A program made the position numbers and the translations under genes. Below are positions 19,118-27,485 of a stretch of 64,000 nucleotides of DNA, piece after piece (within the stretch, counting starts at the first letter, position 1; each line of letters starts with the position of its first letter). This DNA comes from Spirochaetia bacterium (lineage in GTDB: Bacteria > Spirochaetota > Spirochaetia > SZUA-6 > Bin103), in contig OZ241907.1 in assembly GCA_965203515.1 (NCBI GenBank), forward strand, positions 3,104,001 to 3,168,000, given 5' to 3'. The notes under the pieces were generated by a model. It made no database searches. It was not told the origin of the DNA and saw only the letters and a list, made by a program, of their open reading frames with translations.

Positions 19118-19666
19118 TCAGAGCGCCAGCTCGGACTCGAACTGCGCGACGGCGTGGCGCATGAAGACGAGCTTCTCCTTGGCCATGCGCGCCGACACAT
19201 CGAAGCAGAACCGCTCCGAGTGCTCCAGGCGCTCCCGCAGGAACTCCAGGACCTCTTCCATGGTCTTCAGATGGTGCCAGAAGAACGCCCCGATCGACAG
19301 GCGGGCCAGCCCGACCGCGCCGATCGTGTCGAGCAGGTTGGCGTCGTAGAGCAGCTTGGCTTCCAGCCCTTCCGGGTTCGAGCCGGGCGCGTGCTCGGCG
19401 ATCGCGTCGCACACGGCGTTGACCTTGCTCACGTCGAAGCCGACCTCGCTCAGGAGCACCCGCGCCCGGTCGGTGGCGGCTCCGGCCCCGCGCGCCGGCG
19501 TCTCGATGTTGTGCAGGAAGCAGGCAGCGTGCAGGATGTCGTCGTCGTAGTCCATGCCCTCGCCGATCTCCCGCGCAAGGTGGTAGACGCGCGCGGAGTG
19601 CTCGAAGCCGGAGGCCAGACGGCCGGCGGTCAGGTCCTTGACGTACTGCACCAGCAATTTGCGCAT
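19118..19666 (-). CDS. HD-domain-fold protein with degenerate metal site
   Basis: EHSARVY.LA, AACFLHNI (HD to HN), I.EH, LYDANLLDTIGAVG.AR (DAD to DAN). Confidence 0.8.
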   Translation of the reverse strand: MRKLLVQYVKDLTAGRLASGFEHSARVYHLAREIGEGMDYDDDILHAACFLHNIETPARGAGAATDRARVLLSEVGFDVSKVNAVCDAIAEHAPGSNPEGLEAKLLYDANLLDTIGAVGLARLSIGAFFWHHLKTMEEVLEFLRERLEHSERFCFDVSARMAKEKLVFMRHAVAQFESELAL

Positions 19667-19726
19667 ACGACAGTGTAGCAATACCGCCGCCGTCATGGAT
19701 AATCACCGCTTCATGGTGACTGCTGC

Positions 19727-21610
19727 ATGGTGATGGTTCTGAGCCTCGGCATCTCCGCGTCGCGCCAGGCGGCGATACGCCGCGAGCTTGAGCGGCGCGG
19801 CTACACGGTGCGGCAGATCGAGGACGGCGAACGCACCGTGCTGGGCGCGGTCGGACCGGAGGTGGCCGATCCGCGGCCGTTCGAGTCGATGGACGGCGTC
19901 GACCAGGTGCTGCGCATCTCCAAGCCGTACAAGCTGGCCTCGCGCGAACTGCAACGCGCCGACACGGTGGTGCCGGTCGGCCCGATCCGCATCGGCGGGC
20001 AGCGCATCGCCGTGATCGCCGGTCCGTCGTCGGTGGAGAGCCGCGAACAGATCCTGGAGTGCGCGGCGCTGGTGGCCGAATCGGGCGGGGTGATGCTGCG
20101 CGGCGCGGCGTTCACCCCGTACGGCTCCCCCTATGCGTTTTCGGGGCTCGGCATGGCCGGTCTGCGCCATCTGCGCGAAGCCGGCGACCGCCACGCGCTG
20201 CCGGTCGTGTCGGACGCGGCGTCGCTCGACCATCTGGACGAGCTGGCCGAGCTGGCCGACGTGATCCAGATCGGCGCGCGCAACATGCAGAACTTCGACC
20301 TGCTGCGACGGATCGGCGGCATGGGCAAGCCGGTGCTGCTCAAGCGCGGGGTCGGCGCCACCGTGCACGATCTGTTGATGTCGGCCGAATACCTGCTGGC
20401 GAACGGCAGCGACGCCGTGATCCTGTGCGAGCGCGGCATCCGCACCTTCGAGACCGGCACGCGCCACACCCTGGACCTGTCGGCGGTGCCGGCCGTGCAG
20501 GCGCTGTCGCACCTGCCGATCATCGTCGATCCCAGCCAGGGCGCCGCCGACCGCGCCACGGTGCCGCCCATGGGGCTGGCGGCGCTGGCCGCCGGCGCGC
20601 AGGGGCTGATCGTCGAGGTCCATCCCGACCCGAAGCGCGCGCTCTCCAACGGGCCGCAGTCGCTCTACCCGGCGCAGTTCGAGAAGCTGATGCGGGACAT
20701 CGACTCGCTGGCCGGCGTGCTCGGCATGGAGGTGGCGCGGCTGCCGCTGGGAGCCCGGGTCACGGCGCGGCGGCCGCCCGGCGGCGCGGACGACGTGCCC
20801 AAGGTCGCGTTCCAGGGGGAACTGGGCGCCAACAGCGAGATCGCCATCCGCCGCTTCCTGGAGCGCGCCGAGCCGGTGCCGTGCCGGGAGTTTCGGGACG
20901 TCTTCGAGGCGGTGCTGTCGGGCGCCTGCCGCTACGGCGCTCTGCCGGTGGAGAACTCGCTGACCGGCACCATCCACCAGAACTTCGAGTTGCTGCTGCA
21001 GTTCCCCGATCTGACGATCGTCGCCGAGCGCAACATCCGCATCGTGCACAACCTGATCGGCCGGCCCGGGGCGACCATCGACGACCTTACCCGCGTCTAT
21101 TCGCACCCGCAGGGGCTGGCGCAGTGCCGGCGCTTTCTGAGCGAGCATGCCGGCTGGCAGAAGGTCTCGTTCTATGACACCGCCGGCGCGGTCGCCCATC
21201 TGGCCCGCGAAGGGAAGATGAGCGACGGCACCATCGCCAGCGAGGAGGCGGCGCGCACCTACGGGATGCGGGTGCTGCGGCAAGGGATCGAGGACAATGC
21301 GCAGAACTACACGCGGTTCCTGCTGATCGCCGCCGCCGACCACCCGCCGCTGGCGCCGGCCGACAAGGCGTCCCTGGTCTTCGCCACCCCGGACCGTCCC
21401 GGCGCCCTCTCCGAGTGCCTGACGGTATTCGCCGCCCACGACCTCAACATGACCAAGCTGGAGTCGCGGCCGATCCCGGGCCGGCCGTGGGAGTATCGCT
21501 TCTACGTCGACGTGGCGCTAGGACCCGACCGGCAGGCGCTCCACCGCGCCGAGGCCGAGCTGCGGGAACTGACCGCCAGCTACCGCATCCTGGGCGTCTA
21601 CAGCTCGTAG
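19727..21610 (+). CDS. pheA: Fusion of ACT + DAHP-synthase-I-beta-like domain (degenerate) + prephenate dehydratase + ACT
   Basis: QIGARNMQNF, KPVLLKRG, LCERGIRTFE in the DAHPS fold; LPVENS, YSHPQ.L.QC, NYTRF, TKLESRP in PDT/ACT. Confidence 0.92.
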   Translation: MVMVLSLGISASRQAAIRRELERRGYTVRQIEDGERTVLGAVGPEVADPRPFESMDGVDQVLRISKPYKLASRELQRADTVVPVGPIRIGGQRIAVIAGPSSVESREQILECAALVAESGGVMLRGAAFTPYGSPYAFSGLGMAGLRHLREAGDRHALPVVSDAASLDHLDELAELADVIQIGARNMQNFDLLRRIGGMGKPVLLKRGVGATVHDLLMSAEYLLANGSDAVILCERGIRTFETGTRHTLDLSAVPAVQALSHLPIIVDPSQGAADRATVPPMGLAALAAGAQGLIVEVHPDPKRALSNGPQSLYPAQFEKLMRDIDSLAGVLGMEVARLPLGARVTARRPPGGADDVPKVAFQGELGANSEIAIRRFLERAEPVPCREFRDVFEAVLSGACRYGALPVENSLTGTIHQNFELLLQFPDLTIVAERNIRIVHNLIGRPGATIDDLTRVYSHPQGLAQCRRFLSEHAGWQKVSFYDTAGAVAHLAREGKMSDGTIASEEAARTYGMRVLRQGIEDNAQNYTRFLLIAAADHPPLAPADKASLVFATPDRPGALSECLTVFAAHDLNMTKLESRPIPGRPWEYRFYVDVALGPDRQALHRAEAELRELTASYRILGVYSS

Positions 21611-21699
21611 GCCGCCGCGCCGTTATCCGCGGTGCGCGGCGGGTTGCGAGGCCGCATCGCGCAGCTTATGATGAAGGCGGCGTATCGGAGGTTGATTTG

Positions 21700-22062
21700 A
21701 TGACCTATGCCGAGGAGCTGATCCTGGAAGGGGAACAAAGAGGACGACAGGCAGGACTCCGCGAAGGCGAACGAGGACGGCTGGAAGAGCGGGTACGCAC
21801 CATCGAGGGTTTGATGCGGGCCGGCGTGCAGTGGCCGGTGATCGAATCGGCCACCGGCATCGACCGGGAGGCGTTGAGCGCTCTCAAACGCCGGCTCGAA
21901 GAAGCGGAGAGATCCAGGTCGCTGAGCATATCCCTCGATGAGAGCGACGCACTGGACGTTCCCGTAAACGACCTGATGGAGACGGAAAACAAGTACCGTA
22001 CACACGGACCGGGCGCGTTCAAGACCCATGAACAACTGAAGCAGGAACTGTTCGGCGACTGA
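21700..22062 (+). CDS. Stand-alone Rpn (transposase_31-like) C-terminal domain with antitoxin-like tail
   Basis: MTYAEEL..EG..RG...G.REG, GV.W.VIE.ATG; GGAGG RBS at 21687; ends THEQLKQELFGD. Confidence 0.6.
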   Translation: MTYAEELILEGEQRGRQAGLREGERGRLEERVRTIEGLMRAGVQWPVIESATGIDREALSALKRRLEEAERSRSLSISLDESDALDVPVNDLMETENKYRTHGPGAFKTHEQLKQELFGD

Positions 22063-22063
22063 A

Positions 22064-22185
22064 ATGCATCAGTCCTTGGGACGCCAAAGCCGAAAACGAC
22101 TTGGCCCTTCTCGGAAGGATTGAAAGAATCATAAGCAAGATCGACCTGATGAACGATGCGATGCCGCCGGGAGCAATCAAGCTCT
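22064..22185 (+). pseudogene. RelE/ParE-like toxin remnant
   Basis: ATG just after the upstream stop is out of frame with WDAKAENDLALLGRIERIISKIDL....PPGAIKL. Confidence 0.45.
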
Positions 22186-22258
22186 CGCGAGAAACACTAA
22201 CAGAATTAGTCAAAAGGTTTCATCTCTTGGACGGGGCGTTCATGGCTCAATTTGCAAA

Positions 22259-23590
22259 GGGTCTTCAGGCTTTCGTGTGGACGAGGTGGTCACGGCCGAC
22301 ACTGGCGGGGTAGAGGTCAAGACCGCCGAGGTGAAAGTAGATGGCGTTGCGGAACCTCTGCCGGTTGCGAAAGCCGCGCGCTGCGTACTTCAACCTCTGC
22401 ACCCCCGCGTTGATCGACTCCGCCCGCGCGTTGCTCACCCCCTGCACCACCGCCGTCACGATCCCTTCCAGATGACGCTTGACCATCCGCGCTACCCGCT
22501 TGACCGGCTCCAGACGACACCGGATCGCCGACCGGTACCACGCCTGCCACGCCTTGCGCGCCCACCCGCGAGAGCGGTACTTCCACAGCGTCATCGCATG
22601 TTCCTTGTAGCCCCAGGCGCGCGCGGTCTGCAGCGCGCTGTCCCGCAAGTCAGCGAACTGCCGCCAACGCTCGGCATCCATGTGCTCGGGGTTGGTCAGC
22701 CACGCATAGCGGCTGCCCTTCAGCCGATCATCACCGCTGCCGGCCAGCCGGCGGCTCTCGGCTCGCCGTACCTGGTCAACGGCGTTGCCGAGGTGCCGGG
22801 CGACGTGGAACTTGTCGAACGCGATCTTGAGCTCCGCGTCCGGCACGTAGGCGGCGGTCGCGATGATGTACGGCTCCCACATGTCCATGGCGACCGTCTC
22901 GACGCCAGCCAACTGCTCAGGATCAAACTGCTGGTAGAACTCCTCCAACACCTCCTTGCGGCGGCCATCGGCCACGTGCACGACGTGCCCGTCCAGATCG
23001 TTGATCACCGTCACGTACTCATGGCGCTTCTGAAACGACGTCTCGTCCACGCCGATCCGCGGCGGCAGCTGCGCCGCACGCCGTTGTAAGCCGCGGTGCA
23101 CCGCGCGCTGCATCACTCCGTCGACCTCGTCCCAGCTGAGCCGCATCTGCTGCGCCACCGCCGCGATCGTGGCGTGCTGCAGCCAGTCGATCACGACCGC
23201 CTCGCACAGCGCGGTCAGCCGCGAGCGGCCTTCGCTCCACGGCACCTCGATCTGCTTGACGCCGTGCTGCCGGCACTGAGACCGCGGTACGTCGGCAGCC
23301 AGAACGGTGCGGTACTGGCAGGTGTCCAGATGGCGCCACCGCCGTTGACGGCTGTCGTAGCGGCGCGCGGCTTGGCCGCAGTGCGGGCAGGTGAGCGGTC
23401 CGCCGTGCTCGACGTGGACCACGATCTCGCCCTGCTGAAGGTTCAGTTCGACGTCGGCCACTCGCCACGGTGCCTCGACGCCCAGAATCCTGCCGTACAG
23501 TTCCTTGTCACGCATGGCGCCAGCGTAGCCTTGCTGGCGGTGCCACCGCCACCGTCAGGGCGCCCTACCCACACGAAACCCGGAAGCCCC
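22259..23590 (-). mobile_element. ISL3-family insertion sequence, copy 1 (1332 bp)
   Basis: Imperfect IRs GGGTCTTCAGGCTTTCGTGTGG / GGGGCTTCCGGGTTTCGTGTGG; 8-bp TSD TTTGCAAA at 22251-22258 and 23591-23598. Confidence 0.96.
22265..23515 (-). CDS. ISL3-family transposase
   Basis: CPHCG zinc finger, WRHLD, GVDE, AMDMW, FDKFH, SNA.AE.IN, ARGFRN. Confidence 0.96.
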   Translation of the reverse strand: MRDKELYGRILGVEAPWRVADVELNLQQGEIVVHVEHGGPLTCPHCGQAARRYDSRQRRWRHLDTCQYRTVLAADVPRSQCRQHGVKQIEVPWSEGRSRLTALCEAVVIDWLQHATIAAVAQQMRLSWDEVDGVMQRAVHRGLQRRAAQLPPRIGVDETSFQKRHEYVTVINDLDGHVVHVADGRRKEVLEEFYQQFDPEQLAGVETVAMDMWEPYIIATAAYVPDAELKIAFDKFHVARHLGNAVDQVRRAESRRLAGSGDDRLKGSRYAWLTNPEHMDAERWRQFADLRDSALQTARAWGYKEHAMTLWKYRSRGWARKAWQAWYRSAIRCRLEPVKRVARMVKRHLEGIVTAVVQGVSNARAESINAGVQRLKYAARGFRNRQRFRNAIYFHLGGLDLYPASVGRDHLVHTKA

Positions 23591-23886
23591 TTTGCAAATC
23601 GTACGTCAGGACGTAAACGACGACTCGTGGCCACGACGAGAGATCAACTGTATGACAACCCTGACTTAGACTTAGATCAGCACTCCAGAGACCTTAGCAA
23701 CGGCTGGTGGATCGGAACCAACCTCAACCAAGAGATGATCCGGAAGCACATTGCGACCGCGTGCGAAGTCATGGGGATATCTCTTGGCTCTCGTTTGACG
23801 TTGATAGAACGTTGATATGAGGATTCCTGATGGCCTTGGCGATTGCGCTTGGTGCCGACCGCGCGGTAGCTGTTGAGGAGATTTGG

Positions 23887-25005
23887 GTGAGCTATGAATC
23901 CGTCGATGCACTCCAAAGAACCCTGACCGAATCGGTCTTCCAGTACGCCGCTGACAAGAAGAAGCGGCCGGCCGCGCCTTGGGTACGCTCGTCGAGATCG
24001 TCACCTTCCATACGCTCCGCACCTGGAACCTCCGCGACAACATCGTAATCGAACGATCGGTGCCTGAGTTCGGCAATCCCGACATTGTCCATAATGTAGA
24101 ATTCGCCTTACATCCCGTGAAGACGAGGAAGACGTTGGACATAACCGGTCTTTCCTTGCCCATCACGCCTGCCAAGATCAAGCGCCATCTTTCCATCCTG
24201 TTTACGGCCGGCGTCAAAGCAACGCCGATCTTGACCACCGATTCGTTGAAGCGCAACGCTGCAGTGCTCGTGGAGAATGAAACCGGTCCTGTCATTGCGA
24301 ACATGGACTCGTTCGAAGACTCCCGCTGCACTCTCACGGTCTGCGAGCTCGTACGTAATCCATTTGGCCATCATCGAATGCAAACGGGTTGGAGTAGAGG
24401 AAGGGATGCGCAAGGGTCCGCAGACGATAGAAAAGGCAAAGCAAGGCGCGTACGTCGCACGGTCCGTGTCTTCTCTCCAAAAGCTGAGATTGCGGGACGG
24501 ACGCGTTCGCGGTGTGATCGAGACACGAGACGGTCAAGTTCGGTCCGGACTCTACCACGACATGCTTCGAGAGCTCATCGATGGGCAATCGGGTGAAGAC
24601 CTCGCCGGCTTCATTCTGACCGTCGGAGTCGTGAGCAACCACGGGAACTGGTTTACATCATCCGATAATCACAACAAGGAGCTCCGCGTGCTCGCTCAGT
24701 CATACGATTGGCTCCTGTTTCTCAAGGATGCCGGGTTGTGCCAGTTCGTGGAGACTCTTCTTATCAACCCGACACCGGAGCTCGAGCCGGCTCGCCACGC
24801 CTTTCTCGCGAGCTATTCCGGGACCTCTTCAACTAACAGGTTCACCAAAGTGCGGATGGACGCCCGCGCGGACGAGTCGCTGCAGACGTTCTTCAAGACA
24901 TACGAAAGCGACGTAAGGACTTGGTTCAACGTGATCGCACCGGCGACAGGCACGATCGATACCCTTCGGCAAGACCTGCGCAAGCTGGCTTCGAAGGACT
25001 GGTAA
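23887..25005 (+). pseudogene. PD-(D/E)XK restriction-endonuclease-like gene with two frameshifts
   Basis: Three pieces join into one plausible protein: VSYESVDALQ..KKK / AGRALGTLVEIVTF..HNVEF..NPF / AIIECKRVGVEEG.RKGPQTIEKAKQG; GAGGAG RBS; adjacent to an MTase. Confidence 0.7.
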
Positions 25006-25015
25006 CGGGCGTCGT

Positions 25016-25672
25016 ATGTCGGCAGGACGCACGAACTCGGAAGCGCTGAGCCGACATTGGTGCACGCCTCCCAAGTACGTCGACGCGGTCAAGGAGTTCT
25101 TCGGCGGATCGATCGCGCTGGACCCGTGCTCGAATCGCCATTCCATAGTGAGCGCCCAGGTAGAGTATTCTCTGCCGGAGACCGATGGATTGGCCGCATC
25201 TTGGGATTATCCGACCGTCTTCGTGAATCCTCCTTACGGCAGAGACCGGGAACGATGCACGACGATTCGAGACTGGCTTCGAAAATGCGCCGAAGCGCAT
25301 CTGGAGCATGGCGTCGAGGTGCTCGCCCTGGTACCGGTCGCCACCAACACTCGCCACTGGAAGCAGTGGGTATTCGGAGCCGCTACGTCGGTCGCGTTCC
25401 TCTACGATACGCGCCTCCGGTTCCTGGTCGACGGCAAGGATGGCGGCAAAGGCGCTCCGATGTCGTGCGCGATGGTCTATTGGGGTCCACGGCATGAACG
25501 ATTCGAGCGAACGTTCATTCGTCATGGCGCCGTCGTCCGCCTCGAACACCTGCACGGACGGTCGATCGGCTCCGACGCGCACGCGAAGTCCGCTGAGAAC
25601 GGAGAGCGCCAGCGCCATCTGTTCGTGGCGGGCGGTCGCGCGGATCATCGTCCCGGACAGCCGTCGGGTTGA
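25016..25672 (+). CDS. DNA N6-adenine methyltransferase (phage Dam-like family)
   Basis: HWCTP, LDPC, DGL..SW, VFVNPPYG, L.P..TNT.HW, RLRF. Confidence 0.85.
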   Translation: MSAGRTNSEALSRHWCTPPKYVDAVKEFFGGSIALDPCSNRHSIVSAQVEYSLPETDGLAASWDYPTVFVNPPYGRDRERCTTIRDWLRKCAEAHLEHGVEVLALVPVATNTRHWKQWVFGAATSVAFLYDTRLRFLVDGKDGGKGAPMSCAMVYWGPRHERFERTFIRHGAVVRLEHLHGRSIGSDAHAKSAENGERQRHLFVAGGRADHRPGQPSG

Positions 25673-25691
25673 GTGCTGGGAACGGCGAACG

Positions 25692-27380
25692 CTACATCCG
25701 TTCCAGCGGGCGCATGCCGAGCACCAGCATGCCGTTGCGGAGCGTCTGACGGGCGGCGTCGACCAGCAGCAGCCGGCCGTCGCGCAGCGGCGCGGGCGCG
25801 TCGAGCACCGGACAGGCGTGGTAGAACGCCGTGAAGGCGCGCGTCAGCCCGTACAGATAGTCGGCCACCACGTGCGGGCTGGCGTCCCGCACGGTGCGGG
25901 CGATCGCGTCCGGGAAGCCGGCGACCGCCTTGGCCAGCGCCAGCTCGGCGCCGTCGACCAGCAGGCCGAAGTCGGCGCCGCCCGGGAGCTGCCGCCCGCG
26001 GCGGCGCAGCAGCGCGCACATGCGGGCGTGGCCGTACATCAGATACGGACCGGTATCGCCCTCGAAGCCGAGCGCCTCCTCGAAGTCGAACCGCACCATC
26101 TTCTCATTGGCGACGCGCAGGATGCTGTACCGGATCGCGCTGTGCGCGACCGCTTCGGCGCGCGTGCGGTCGACCGCCTCGCCCCGCTCGGTCAGCGCCC
26201 GGCCGGCCCGCCGCACGGCTTCCGCGATGAAGTCCTCCAGGAGCACCACGTTGCCGGACCGCGTCGACATGCTGGCCTCGTCCAGGCTGACCCAGGCGTA
26301 ATGCACCGCCTCCGGGGCCGCTCCGCCCAGCAGGTCGATCGCCGCGGTGAGCTGCCGGTGGTGCAGGCGCTGGTCCTCGCCCAACACGATCAGATTGCGG
26401 TCGGCGCCGCTCTCCATCTTGTCGAGGGTGTAGGCGACGTCGCGCAGCTGGTACATGGAGGTGCCGTCGGAACGTTCGAGCACGACGACCGGATTGCGTG
26501 ACGGCAGGTCGTAGCCCTCCAGGTTGAGCACCGAACGGCCGTCCCGGTCGGTCGACAGGCGCCCGGTGGCGCGCAGACGCTCGATCACCTGCCGGGTGCG
26601 GCCGCTCCACAGGTAGTGCGACTCCTTGTCGAAGCGGTCGTGGCGGATGTCGAGCGCCTCCAGGACCGCGCGCTGCCCGGCGACGCAGACGTCGACGATG
26701 GCGTCGAAGCGGCGGCGGGCATCGGCGGCGCCCCGTTCCAGGTCGCGCAGCAGCTCGAAGGTCTGCCGTTCCAGGTCGGGATTCCGTTCCAGATCGGCGT
26801 TGGCCTGCACGTAGAGGTCGAGCACTTGCGCGAACGGCACCTGCCGGCCGCCGGCGGCGATCACCAGCAGCGCGATCTGCTTGCCGACGTCGTTGACGAA
26901 GTAGCGCACCTCCAGGTCGTAGCCCTCGAACCGTAGCAGCCGCGCCAGCACGTCGCCGATCAGCGCGTTGCGCGCCCGCCCCACGTGCGGCGACGCGTTG
27001 GGGTTGATCGAGGTGTGCTCCAGGAGCGCCGTGCGGCCGGCGCCGGTGCCGCCCGAGCCGTAGGCCGGGCCGCCCGCCCGCACGGCGCGGACCGCGCCGG
27101 CGATCAGGTCGCCCGGATCGATGAAGAAGTTGAGGTACGCGCCGTCGGCGTTCACCCGCCGAAAGGCGGCCGGCAGCTCGACGGCCGCGGCCAGCTCGGC
27201 GGCGATCCGCGCCGGCGAGCGGCGCAACGCTCTGGCCAGCGGAAAGCAGGGCACCGACAGGTCGCCCAGCGACGGGTCGGGAGGCGTGGCGACACTCAAG
27301 CCGCCGGCGTCCGCGCCGGCGTCCAGCGTCCGGAGCGCGGCGACGACGGCATCGAGCGCGATGCCGCGATAGTGCTGCAT
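25692..27380 (-). CDS. argS: Arginine--tRNA ligase
   Basis: EHTSINPN.SPHVGRARN (HIGH-like), YFVNDVGKQ, RSDGT..Y..RD.AY, MSTRSG, FEGDTGPY..Y.HAR, DALR domain. Confidence 0.95.
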   Translation of the reverse strand: MQHYRGIALDAVVAALRTLDAGADAGGLSVATPPDPSLGDLSVPCFPLARALRRSPARIAAELAAAVELPAAFRRVNADGAYLNFFIDPGDLIAGAVRAVRAGGPAYGSGGTGAGRTALLEHTSINPNASPHVGRARNALIGDVLARLLRFEGYDLEVRYFVNDVGKQIALLVIAAGGRQVPFAQVLDLYVQANADLERNPDLERQTFELLRDLERGAADARRRFDAIVDVCVAGQRAVLEALDIRHDRFDKESHYLWSGRTRQVIERLRATGRLSTDRDGRSVLNLEGYDLPSRNPVVVLERSDGTSMYQLRDVAYTLDKMESGADRNLIVLGEDQRLHHRQLTAAIDLLGGAAPEAVHYAWVSLDEASMSTRSGNVVLLEDFIAEAVRRAGRALTERGEAVDRTRAEAVAHSAIRYSILRVANEKMVRFDFEEALGFEGDTGPYLMYGHARMCALLRRRGRQLPGGADFGLLVDGAELALAKAVAGFPDAIARTVRDASPHVVADYLYGLTRAFTAFYHACPVLDAPAPLRDGRLLLVDAARQTLRNGMLVLGMRPLERM

Positions 27381-27485
27381 CGGCGCACGCTACGGGTACC
27401 CGTTCGATCCCGCAAGGACCCCTGCCGGCGCACGGGGCCTGCCGGCGCAAGGACCCCGCTTGCGGGCGGTGCCATAATCACGGGC

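Larger units (their letters stand above)
22186..23815 (+). pseudogene. ISL3-interrupted ORF with SeqA-C-like / HsdR-associated domain
   Basis: Removing the IS and one TTTGCAAA copy restores the frame ..AFMAQFANRTSGRKRRLVA...GWWIGTNLN...ACEVMG. Confidence 0.55.

Noticed and set aside
23955..24375. Programmed frameshifting or phase variation in the nuclease-like gene
   Set aside because: No long homopolymer or canonical slippery heptamer at either site; mutation or sequencing error is simpler.
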